From an uncultured Clostridia bacterium (GTDB lineage Bacteria; Acidobacteriota; Aminicenantia; UBA2199), in NCBI GenBank assembly GCA_964562095.1, contig CAZLSH010000002.1, positions 9,597-73,596 on the forward strand: 64,000 nt of DNA, read 5' to 3'. Position numbers and translations under genes: made by a program. Each line of letters starts with the position of its first letter. Within the stretch, counting starts at the first letter, position 1. The notes below the pieces were generated by a model. The model had not been told where the DNA came from. It searched no databases and saw nothing but the letters and a program-made list of their open reading frames with translations. Below are positions 37,111 through 45,430 of this stretch, piece by piece.

Positions 37111-38619
37111 ATGACAAAAAAAAGCACGCGGGCCATGCTGGTCCTGGTGGCACTGCTGGCCGTGGGTGTCGGAAGCAGCCTCCTGGCAGGCCAGACCATG
37201 GACAAGATGAAGGGTCAGATCCAGGAAAAGACGCTGAAAAACGGGATGAAATTCATCGTCATGGAGCAGCACGAAGCCCCGGTGGCCTCGTTCCACATCT
37301 ATGCCGACGTAGGCAGCGCCCAGGAATCCTATGGCATCACCGGGATCTCCCATATTCTGGAGCATATGGCCTTCAAGGGAACCACCACCATCGGTACCAA
37401 GGATTACGCGGCCGAGGCCAAGGTGCTGGACGAGCTGGACCGGGTATATGAGGAGCTCAACCGCGAGGAGAAGCAGATCAAACCCAATGCCGACCGGGTC
37501 AGGGAGCTGAAGGCCGGATTTGAGGAGCTGCAGAAGCAAGCCAAGGAATACGTGGTCAACAACGAGTACTTCGACATGGTCATGCAGCAGGGCGACGCCG
37601 GCGTCAACGCCTACACCAATTACGACGCCACCCAATATATCAACAGCCTGCCGGCCAACAAGCTGGAGTTCTGGATGGCCATCACCTCCGATCGCTTCCT
37701 GAATCCGGTCTTCCGCGAGTTCTATAAGGAGCGTGAGGTGATCATGGAGGAGCGCCGCCTGGGCCTGGAGACCCAGCCCATGGGCAAGCTGATCGAGGAC
37801 TTCATGGCCGTGGCCTACAAGGCGCACCCCTACCATCATTATGTCATCGGCCACATGTCCGACATCCAGGCTATCAGCCACCAGGACGTGAAGGATTACT
37901 TCAAGAAATACTATTCGCCAAGCAACCTGACCGCGGCCATCGTCGGCGATATCGACCCCCAGGAAGTCTTCCGCCTGGCCGAGCTCTACTTCGAACGCAT
38001 TCCCAGCGGCCCGCGTCCCGAGCCCCTGCGCACGAAGGAACCAGAGCAATGGGGCGAGCGCCGGGCCACGGTCACGGCCCAGTCGCAGCCGATATTGATC
38101 GTGGGCTACCACAAGCCCGCCGTCAGGCATTCCGACAATGGCGCCCTGGACGCGCTGGCCAACATCATCGGCCAGGGGCGCTCCTCGCGCATCTGGGAGA
38201 GCCTGGTAAAAAAGGAGAAGATCGCCGCCCAGGTCGGCTGCTTCAACAACTTCCCCGGCGAAAAATACCCCAACCTGATCGCTTTTTTCTCCATGCCCAG
38301 CAAGGACAAGACCGCGGCCCAGTCGCTGGAGCTGATCGACAAGGAGATCGAAAGGATCAAGAAGGAGCCGGTCAGCGCCCAGGAACTGGCCAAGTACAAA
38401 CAAATGACGAAGAAGGGGCTGATCGGCCAGATGAAGTCCAACGCGCGCATGGCGGCCCTGCTGACCGCCTATGATGTGATCCAGGGTGACTGGCGGCTGC
38501 TTTTCGACGAGCTCGCCAACATCGACCGGATCACCGCCGCTGATGTCCAGCGCGTGGCCAACACCTATTTGCTGACGACCAACCGCACCGTAGGCGAGAT
38601 CGTCCCCGAGAAGAAGTAA
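37111..38619 (+). CDS. M16-family zinc metallopeptidase (insulinase/pitrilysin-like), secreted
   Basis: Inverzincin motif HILEHMAFKGT, a signal peptide and an AAGGAGAAAAGG RBS. The start MTKKSTRAML is preferred over the ORF-track start at 37048. Confidence 0.8.
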   Translation: MTKKSTRAMLVLVALLAVGVGSSLLAGQTMDKMKGQIQEKTLKNGMKFIVMEQHEAPVASFHIYADVGSAQESYGITGISHILEHMAFKGTTTIGTKDYAAEAKVLDELDRVYEELNREEKQIKPNADRVRELKAGFEELQKQAKEYVVNNEYFDMVMQQGDAGVNAYTNYDATQYINSLPANKLEFWMAITSDRFLNPVFREFYKEREVIMEERRLGLETQPMGKLIEDFMAVAYKAHPYHHYVIGHMSDIQAISHQDVKDYFKKYYSPSNLTAAIVGDIDPQEVFRLAELYFERIPSGPRPEPLRTKEPEQWGERRATVTAQSQPILIVGYHKPAVRHSDNGALDALANIIGQGRSSRIWESLVKKEKIAAQVGCFNNFPGEKYPNLIAFFSMPSKDKTAAQSLELIDKEIERIKKEPVSAQELAKYKQMTKKGLIGQMKSNARMAALLTAYDVIQGDWRLLFDELANIDRITAADVQRVANTYLLTTNRTVGEIVPEKK

Positions 38620-38633
38620 AGGAAGGACGCACC

Positions 38634-40748
38634 ATGAACAAGAAAAATAGCGCTTTGTGGGTACTGGGAGCCGTTCTGCTCGTTCTGTTCGCCGCCCCGC
38701 TGGCGGCCCAGAAAGGCCCCAAGGGCCCGTTCGATTTCCCCAAGCTCAATCCGCTGAAAAACCCGCCGGTCACGCAAGTGACCCTGAAGAACGGCATCAA
38801 GCTGTTCCTGATCGAAGACCACCGCTTCCCGACCATCGACATGAGCGGCATGTTCTTCGCTTCGTCGGCCTTCGAGCCCGCTGAAAAGGCAGGGCTGGCC
38901 GCGCTCACCGGCACGGTGCTGCGCACAGGCGGAACGGAAAAAATGTCCGGCGACCAGATCGACCGCGAGCTGGAGACCATGGCGGCCTCCATCGAGACCT
39001 CCATCAGCGACGAGAGCGGTTCGATCCATACCTCCATGCTCAAGGAGGATCTGGATAAAGTGTTGCCGATCCTGGCTGACATCCTGCGCCGGCCGGTGTT
39101 CGACCCGGAGAAGATCGACCTGGCCAGGATCGAGGCCCGCACCGACATCTCCCGCCGCAACGACGACATCGGCCAGATCGCCGACCGGGAATTCATCAAG
39201 GTGATCTATGGGGCGCAGAGCCCCTATGCGCGCCAGAGCGAATATGCCACCATCGACGCCATCGGCCGCGACGACATGGTCGCCTTCTACAAGGCCTACT
39301 TCCATCCCGACAACATGTGGCTCGCGGTCTGGGGCGACTTCAACAGCAAGCAGATGATCCGCAAGATCGATGCCGTCTTCGGCGATTGGCCCGCCTCCGG
39401 GCTGAAACTGCCCGCCCTTCCCGAAGTCAACTATGAATTCAAGTCAACCGTGAATTACATCGAGAAGACCGATGTCAACCAGTCCAACATCGTTGTCGGC
39501 CATATCGGCGGCCTGCTGAGCGACCCCGACTACGCGGTGCTTTCGGTCATGAACCGCATCCTCTCCTTCGACCGCATGTTCAAGAGGATCCGCACCGACG
39601 AGGGGCTGGCGTACTCGGTGTGGGGCTACTACGGCTCCGGCTACAAGGTGCCGGGAGCGTTTTCCGCCGGTGCCCAGACCAAGTCGGAGTCGACGGCCAA
39701 GGCCATCGCGATCATGCTGGACGAGATGAAGCGCATCCGCAGCGTGGAGGTCAGCGACGAGGAGCTCAAGAGGGCCAAGGACCAGTTCCTGAACACCTAC
39801 GTCTTCCAGTTCGACAGCCGGGCCAAGATCATCCGCAACCTCCTGCAGCTTGCTTATTACGGCTATCCCCTCGACTTTTCCGAGCAGTTGATCAAGAAGA
39901 TCGAAGCCGTGACCAAGGCCGATGTTCTGCAAGCGGCCAAAAAGCACCTGCGGCCCGAGCAGGTGCAGATCCTGGTGGTGGGCCAGCAGGCCGACTTTGA
40001 CAAGCCGCTCAGCACCTTCGGGCCGGTCAATCCCATCGACATCGCCATCCCGGTTCCTGCGGGGGAGTCGGCCCCGGAGGCCACTCCCGAGTCGCTGGCC
40101 CAAGGCAATGAACTGTTCGCCAAGGCCATCGCCGCCATGGGCGATCCCGCCCGGATCAAGACCGTGCGCAGCGTGCGCGTGACGGGCGACCTGACCCAGA
40201 GCACGCCCATGGGCGACATGACCATGGCGGCCGAGATCGTCACCGTTTATCCGGACAAGGTCCTTTTGGCTTTGGATACCCCCGGTGGCAAGATGACCAT
40301 GGTGATCAACGGCGCCAGGGGCGTGATCAAAATGCCGCAGGGGTCCATGCCCCTGCCTGAGGCGCAGAGCAAGAGCATCCGGGAGAATATCGGCCGTGAC
40401 CTGTACTATGTCTGGCAGAACGCCGGGCAATACCGGTTCCAGGCGCTGGGCGTGAAACAATTCGCCGGTCTGGAAGCGCTCGGCCTCCTGGTCACGGCTC
40501 CCGGCGTAAGCTTCCATCTTTTCCTCGACCCGCAGACCCTGCTGCCCCGCGGCAATTCCTACCAGACCGTGACCCAGGAGGGGCCGGCGACGGTCGAGGA
40601 GCGCGTCTCCGACTACCGCGAGGTGGAGGGGATCCAAATGCCGTTCCAGAGCGAAAGCTATGCCAAGGATAAGAAGGCTTCCGCCCAGGCGGTCAAAAAA
40701 ATCGAGATCAACCCGGAGCTCGGCGCCGACCTTTTCCAGGTCGAGTAG
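38634..40748 (+). CDS. M16-family peptidase domain protein (second subunit/paralog, two M16 domains), secreted
   Basis: A signal peptide, M16 N- and C-domain profile and no HxxEH motif, so probably the non-catalytic partner. It is tightly linked to the upstream M16 gene. Confidence 0.7.
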   Translation: MNKKNSALWVLGAVLLVLFAAPLAAQKGPKGPFDFPKLNPLKNPPVTQVTLKNGIKLFLIEDHRFPTIDMSGMFFASSAFEPAEKAGLAALTGTVLRTGGTEKMSGDQIDRELETMAASIETSISDESGSIHTSMLKEDLDKVLPILADILRRPVFDPEKIDLARIEARTDISRRNDDIGQIADREFIKVIYGAQSPYARQSEYATIDAIGRDDMVAFYKAYFHPDNMWLAVWGDFNSKQMIRKIDAVFGDWPASGLKLPALPEVNYEFKSTVNYIEKTDVNQSNIVVGHIGGLLSDPDYAVLSVMNRILSFDRMFKRIRTDEGLAYSVWGYYGSGYKVPGAFSAGAQTKSESTAKAIAIMLDEMKRIRSVEVSDEELKRAKDQFLNTYVFQFDSRAKIIRNLLQLAYYGYPLDFSEQLIKKIEAVTKADVLQAAKKHLRPEQVQILVVGQQADFDKPLSTFGPVNPIDIAIPVPAGESAPEATPESLAQGNELFAKAIAAMGDPARIKTVRSVRVTGDLTQSTPMGDMTMAAEIVTVYPDKVLLALDTPGGKMTMVINGARGVIKMPQGSMPLPEAQSKSIRENIGRDLYYVWQNAGQYRFQALGVKQFAGLEALGLLVTAPGVSFHLFLDPQTLLPRGNSYQTVTQEGPATVEERVSDYREVEGIQMPFQSESYAKDKKASAQAVKKIEINPELGADLFQVE

Positions 40749-40818
40749 TCCAGTCATATTTTTATCGCGGGCGGGGCGCCGAAAAGCGCCCCGCCCGGGT
40801 TTACAATGAGGTGCGGGC

Positions 40819-41091
40819 ATGAAAGAGGCGCTGCAGGGAATGGTAGGCAAGGATATCGTCGTGGACACCCGTTCGCCCTGGATGTACATCGGCAAGCTGG
40901 CCGAGGTGCAGTCTGACAGCCTGCTCCTGATCGACGTCGACGTCCACGACAGCGGCGAGACCCCGCTGCCCAGGGAGCGCTACGTGCTCGCGGCGTGCGA
41001 GACGGGGATCAAGGCCAACCGCCGCTCGGTCTACGTCAGCCTGGGCTACGTGGTCAGCGCTTCACTGTTGTCCGAGGTCATCCGCTATTAG
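40819..41091 (+). CDS. Small hypothetical protein, possibly Sm/LSm-like fold
   Basis: A GxxVxV...YxGxL...LLLxDV pattern reminiscent of the Sm1 motif; 90 aa. Confidence 0.3.
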   Translation: MKEALQGMVGKDIVVDTRSPWMYIGKLAEVQSDSLLLIDVDVHDSGETPLPRERYVLAACETGIKANRRSVYVSLGYVVSASLLSEVIRY

Positions 41092-41095
41092 CTCC

Positions 41096-41440
41096 GTGAA
41101 GCCCTGGTATCTCTACCTGGTGCGCTGCGGCGACGGCACGCTGTACACCGGCATCTCCAACGATGTGGATCGCCGCCTGGCCGCTCATGCTGCCGGCAGG
41201 GGAGCGCGCTACCTGCGCGGCCGCGGCCCCCTGACCCTGGCCCGCAAGGTCCGGGTCGGCAGCCATGGCGATGCCCTTACGGCGGAACGCAGGGTCAAGC
41301 GCTTGGGGCGGGATAGAAAAGAAAAGCTAATCCAGGGCAAGATCAGGTTGAAAGATTTGATTGAGGAAGACGTCAGACGCCAGACGTTAGACGTTAGCAA
41401 GAAAAAAAAATTCAAGAACAAAAAGGCAGGAACTGAATAA
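41096..41440 (+). CDS. GIY-YIG nuclease superfamily protein (UPF0213/YhbQ-like)
   Basis: The motif WYLYLVRCGDGTLYTGISNDVDRRLAAH is a GIY-YIG core; the start is GTG. Confidence 0.7.
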   Translation: MKPWYLYLVRCGDGTLYTGISNDVDRRLAAHAAGRGARYLRGRGPLTLARKVRVGSHGDALTAERRVKRLGRDRKEKLIQGKIRLKDLIEEDVRRQTLDVSKKKKFKNKKAGTE

Positions 41441-41551
41441 TTCGTATCGGCGAATATTTGTTCGCTGGTTCTTTAAGCGCCTGGCTAACATCTAACATCT
41501 AACGTCTAACGTCTTTCGCTTGCTGACGTCTAACATCTAACGTCTAATGCC
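41381..41551. repeat. Heptamer tandem-repeat element: ACGTTAG x2, then CTAACAT/CTAACGT x4 and x3 (inverted orientation)
   Basis: CAGACGTTAGACGTTAGC ... CTAACATCTAACATCTAACGTCTAACGTC ... GACGTCTAACATCTAACGTCTAATGCC. It lies between the convergent GIY-YIG and rubrerythrin-like genes and overlaps the GIY-YIG 3-prime end. Confidence 0.6.
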
Positions 41552-41558
41552 TTCTTCC

Positions 41559-42026
41559 TTAGCCTCCTGAAGTCTGCGGGAAGGCGGTGTTCGAGTATAA
41601 GTATTCGACCTTTTCCTTGTGCTTGAGCTCCTGGTTGGCCATGGCCATCAGCATCTCCCTGACCTCACCGGCGGGCTGCAGGGCGGCGAGTGCCTTGTAG
41701 AACTGGTAGGAGTTCCACTCGCGGTGGGCGGCGACCAGGTAGACCTCGCTCGTGTTCATGTTCTTCTTGGGATCGGGCTTGGCGGCGTACTGGGCGACGT
41801 GGTAATCGATGGGCGTATCCATGCCCAGGCCGCTGAGTTTCTTCTCGCCCCTGAGGTAGCCCTGCAGGAACTCCTTGTGGGCCAGTTCCTCGCCGGCCAG
41901 GAACTTCAGGGTCTCCCTGGCCAGGGCGTCCTCGACCAGGTCGTGCAGGCCGAGGTAGAAGGCGCGGGCTTCCTCCTCGTTGCGGATGGCGGTCTCGATC
42001 AGGCTTTGCAGGTTTTGTGTTTCCAT
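41559..42026 (-). CDS. Rubrerythrin/ferritin-like diiron domain protein
   Basis: Two E...ExxH diiron half-sites (EELAHKEF, ELKHKEKVE); 155 aa. Confidence 0.6.
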   Translation of the reverse strand: METQNLQSLIETAIRNEEEARAFYLGLHDLVEDALARETLKFLAGEELAHKEFLQGYLRGEKKLSGLGMDTPIDYHVAQYAAKPDPKKNMNTSEVYLVAAHREWNSYQFYKALAALQPAGEVREMLMAMANQELKHKEKVEYLYSNTAFPQTSGG

Positions 42027-42050
42027 GATGCCTCCTCTGGATGTTTCGTC

Positions 42051-43148
42051 TTACAGATTCAGCTGGGCGCTGAACATGACCTGATTGGTCTTTGTCTTTT
42101 CGGACTGGGAGTAGGCGCTGGAAAAATGGGCGAATTCCAGCCCGAAACTGACGCCGGAGCCGGCGGCGAACTGCATGCCGGCCAGCATTGTGCCGGTCTT
42201 TTTCAGTTCCCTGGCGGCGAGCTGTTCTTCGTCGGTCAGGTCTTCGAAGGCGTAGCCGATCCAGCCGCTCCACTTGCCCCGGGCCAGCAGCAGCTCGGAC
42301 CAGAAAGAGGACGCCTTCTTGCCCTTCAACTCCCCAATCATGTTTTCATAGAGACCGGCACGGCTCATGACATTGGCCAGGTTGGCGCCCATGGCGTATT
42401 CGCCCTTCAGCGTCAGGTGCTTGCAGAGGGCGAGGTTCCAGTCGAGGCCGATGCCGGCCTCGTCAACCTTGTTGTCAAGGGCGGTGTTTTCGCGGCCATA
42501 GATGCCCGAGAGGCCCAGCTGATACTTGCCGCCCGTTCCCAGCTTGAGGCCCAGGCGCGATTGCATGACCGGCATTTTGGCCGACCAGCCGCCGGCGGAG
42601 GCGGGATCGCTCAGCGACACGGCCAGATCGAAGCGCGGGGCCGAATAGGTGTAGCGCACCTGGGCGTGGCGGAAGCCGACGTTGCCCGTCTGCCACAGGT
42701 AGCCGTTGATCATCAGCGTGGTGGGGCCCAGGGGCGAGAACAGGTCCCAGGCCTGGCCGAAGAGCAGGCTGTGGCCCTTCCTGGACAGGGTGAAGTAGCC
42801 CTGGCGGAAACGCGGCTTCATCTGGGTGGGGGTGGCGGTGTCGAAAAAGTCGAACTCCAGCACGGCAGCCACGCCGAAGGCGCCGTTGGCCAGCGGTGTC
42901 CCCGCGTACTTGAAGCCGAAGCGGGTGTGGGTGGCCGACAGGTACAGGTTGCCATCGCCGGGGACGGCGTAGCGCGGGAAGGTCAGGCCGTTGACGCCGC
43001 CGTCCTGGTAGGCTGCGTCGAGCTTGAAGAAGCCGAACAGCTGCAGTTTGTTTTTTTCCGTATCGACCAGGGTGATGTCCCCGAAGGCGCGCAGGCAGGG
43101 GAGGAGCAGCCACAAGATCGCAATTGACAGCATGGAGAACTTTTTCAT
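42051..43148 (-). CDS. Outer-membrane beta-barrel protein (putative porin)
   Basis: A signal peptide, alternating amphipathic beta-strand pattern and a C-terminal aromatic-x-hydrophobic end (SAQLNL). Confidence 0.5.
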   Translation of the reverse strand: MKKFSMLSIAILWLLLPCLRAFGDITLVDTEKNKLQLFGFFKLDAAYQDGGVNGLTFPRYAVPGDGNLYLSATHTRFGFKYAGTPLANGAFGVAAVLEFDFFDTATPTQMKPRFRQGYFTLSRKGHSLLFGQAWDLFSPLGPTTLMINGYLWQTGNVGFRHAQVRYTYSAPRFDLAVSLSDPASAGGWSAKMPVMQSRLGLKLGTGGKYQLGLSGIYGRENTALDNKVDEAGIGLDWNLALCKHLTLKGEYAMGANLANVMSRAGLYENMIGELKGKKASSFWSELLLARGKWSGWIGYAFEDLTDEEQLAARELKKTGTMLAGMQFAAGSGVSFGLEFAHFSSAYSQSEKTKTNQVMFSAQLNL

Positions 43149-43220
43149 GGATACCTCGCTTATGAGACTATTTTACCCTATTTCCAGGGTCGTTTTCAAG
43201 CCAAAAAATTTGCGGTTTAA

Positions 43221-43973
43221 CTAAAAATTCAGCAGGATGGGCCGCGGCTTGAGGACGTGGCCGACCAGCGTCAGGCCGCTGCGGCGGACGATCTCCAGCG
43301 CCTTGCTGGTCAGCGTGGTCTGCGAGATGAGGGCGGGAATGCCCGCGCGCAGGCACTTCAGCGCCATCTCGGCCGAAACGCGGCCGGTGGTCAGCAGCGC
43401 GCAGCGGCTGAAGTCGGTTTTTCGGGCCAATCCCCAGCCGATCAACTTGTCGACGCTGTTGCTGCGGCCGATGTCCTCGCGGCCGGCCAGGATCTTCCGC
43501 GCTTCCATGTCCGCCAGCAGCGAGCAATGGATGCCGCCGTGGCGGCTGAACATCCGGGCGAGCGCCGGCAGCTGCTCCATCAGGGCGACGGCCTGCGCCA
43601 GGGTGAATTCGTAGCTGCGGCGCAGCAGCGGCAGGTCGGCGAACAGCGCCGCCGGCACTTCGCCTCCCGAGCAGGCGGTCACCTGGAGCGGCTGGAAGCG
43701 GCGTCCGGCCCCGGCGCCCGCGGGCCGCAGGCGGACCCGGGCCCGGTCGTCCCGGAAACTCAGGCCGGACACATCCGCGGCAACGGCGATCAATCCCTGA
43801 CTGAACAGCCAGCCCAAAACCAGTTCCCGGCGCTGGAACGGGGAGCAGCTCAGGCGGCCCAGGCAGCGGCCATCCATCTCGATCTCCAGCAGCGTCTCCT
43901 CGGGCAGCGCCACCAGGCCGATCTCGCGGCGCTTTTCAGGCGCCTTCTTTCTTGCGGCTTTTGAGGTAGTCAT
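43221..43973 (-). CDS. fdhD: Formate dehydrogenase accessory sulfurtransferase FdhD
   Basis: FdhD/NarQ-family profile including the TACSGG Cys-loop region; 250 aa. Confidence 0.75.
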   Translation of the reverse strand: MTTSKAARKKAPEKRREIGLVALPEETLLEIEMDGRCLGRLSCSPFQRRELVLGWLFSQGLIAVAADVSGLSFRDDRARVRLRPAGAGAGRRFQPLQVTACSGGEVPAALFADLPLLRRSYEFTLAQAVALMEQLPALARMFSRHGGIHCSLLADMEARKILAGREDIGRSNSVDKLIGWGLARKTDFSRCALLTTGRVSAEMALKCLRAGIPALISQTTLTSKALEIVRRSGLTLVGHVLKPRPILLNF

Positions 43974-44523
43974 GGTAATCCTCGCTGGTGTTCAGGTTGC
44001 GGAACCAGTCCTGCCCGTCCATGGCCACGAACTCGGTGCGGCACGTCCGGAACAGGGAGGAGATGCGCAGGTCGCCGGCGGCGACCTGGCGCGCGATCGT
44101 CGGCGCGATGCCGCGGTCGTAGGCGGCGAACAACGGCTCGAACTTGCCGTCACGGTAGCGCGGCACCACGATCTCGCTGCCGGGCGCCAGGGCCAGGATC
44201 TTTTTCAGGAACGGCAGGTGGACGACGGGGATATCGCAGGCCATGACGAAGTTGATGCGGCAGGGCGAGGCCCGCAGGGCGGTCCACAGGGCCGGCAGTG
44301 GCCCCTGTCCCGGCGTCTCGTCCTCGACCACCGGCAGCCCCAGGAAACTGAATTTGCTTCTGTCGCCGGCGCTGATCAGGATGGTCGCGAAACAGGGGCG
44401 GATTTGTTCGACGAGCGACTCGATCAGGGTGCGGCCGCAGAAAGGCAGCAGCGGTTTTTCCCGGCGCATGCGCCGGCTGTGCCCCCCGGCCAGGATGATC
44501 GCCGCGGCGGGTTCGCAGATCAT
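43936..44523 (-). CDS. mobA: Molybdenum cofactor guanylyltransferase MobA
   Basis: The N-terminal AIILAGGHSRRM motif. The 3-prime end overlaps the fdhD start by 38 nt. Confidence 0.8.
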   Translation of the reverse strand: MICEPAAAIILAGGHSRRMRREKPLLPFCGRTLIESLVEQIRPCFATILISAGDRSKFSFLGLPVVEDETPGQGPLPALWTALRASPCRINFVMACDIPVVHLPFLKKILALAPGSEIVVPRYRDGKFEPLFAAYDRGIAPTIARQVAAGDLRISSLFRTCRTEFVAMDGQDWFRNLNTSEDYHDYLKSRKKEGA

Positions 44524-44536
44524 GGGCGGGGGGATG

Positions 44537-44935
44537 TCAGGAACCGGGCTGGACCTTGTCCTTGCTGATGAAGCCCTCGTCGCCTCCGGCCGGCTTGGCC
44601 TTCATGGAGGAGACCAGGAAGGCCTTCTGCTTTTCATTGTTGTTCTTGAAGCGGGCGCCAATGGAAAAGAGGAGCCCGGGAGGCAGGGACGTGTATTTCT
44701 GGCTGTCGAAGGAGGCGACCTCGGCGCGGTTGATCTCGATCTCGAATTCCTGCTGGCGGTTGTCGCGGCTGTGGACCAGGTAGATCTTGTAGACCGAGCC
44801 GATCACCGGCTGGAAATTGCTGACCAGATTGATCCCTTCGCTGCTGATGTTGTTGGCCACGAAGCTGACGACGTTCAGCAGCTTGCCCTTCATCTCCTTG
44901 GACACGTCAAAGCGGGCGCTTTTCCTTTTTTCCAT
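44537..44935 (-). CDS. PilZ-domain protein (c-di-GMP binding), start at the internal ATG
   Basis: RKSAR (RxxxR) and NISSEG (D/NxSxxG) motifs in the 132-aa C-terminal part. The upstream 89 aa of the listed ORF look non-coding. Confidence 0.45.
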   Translation of the reverse strand: MEKRKSARFDVSKEMKGKLLNVVSFVANNISSEGINLVSNFQPVIGSVYKIYLVHSRDNRQQEFEIEINRAEVASFDSQKYTSLPPGLLFSIGARFKNNNEKQKAFLVSSMKAKPAGGDEGFISKDKVQPGS

Positions 44936-45149
44936 GATGCTCCATCCTGGGGAATGAAATGCCATGGTAGCACAACTGGAAAAATATTCAATGGCCGGCC
45001 GGGGAGGCCCGCTGCAGGAATTCCTCCCCGGACGGCTGCATCGCCACTTTTTCGGGAATCCTCCGAAACCGGTTTTCTGATCGGTTGGCGGTAGACGGTG
45101 GCTGCCATCCAATGAAATCGGTTTGCGGTGGAAGGTCAAAGAAGAAAGT

Positions 45150-45430
45150 GTTAGTGATCGTGTTAGTGTTAGCAGGAGAGCAGTGACTTCGGTTGCAATC
45201 ATTGTAATCGGTTGACGGGTGACGGTTTACGGTTTTCGGGAAGAGAAGTTCCCGCCATCTCTTGTTCTTTCTCATCACGCATCACGCATAACGCATAACG
45301 TAATCCGTGTCACGCGTTACGAAGTTCGTTCCTATTTCAATGCCAGTTCTTCACTTTTGCCTTTTGCCTTTTTACTTTTGCCTTTGTCTCACCCTTCGCC
45401 TTATGCCCTGCGCCTTGCGCCGGGCTCGCT
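45150..45430. repeat. Repeat-rich intergenic region: GTGTTAGTG-type heptamers, CGGTTGACGGGTGACGGTTTACGG, CATCACGCATCACGCATAACGCATAACG, then a CTTTTGCC-rich arm
   Basis: Several distinct short tandem repeats lie within ~280 nt, between the AmpG-like stop and the PilZ start. They share motifs with the elements at 36135, 41381 and 34727. Confidence 0.5.

Noticed and set aside
36198-37205. 335-aa minus-strand ORF
   Set aside because: It is antisense to the B3/4-domain gene and the start of the M16 peptidase, with no motifs and an Arg/Gly/Pro-rich translation.
41381-41551. Possible CRISPR array
   Set aside because: The repeat unit is only 7 nt and is tandem without unique spacers, and no cas genes are present. 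It is better described as a short tandem or inverted repeat element.
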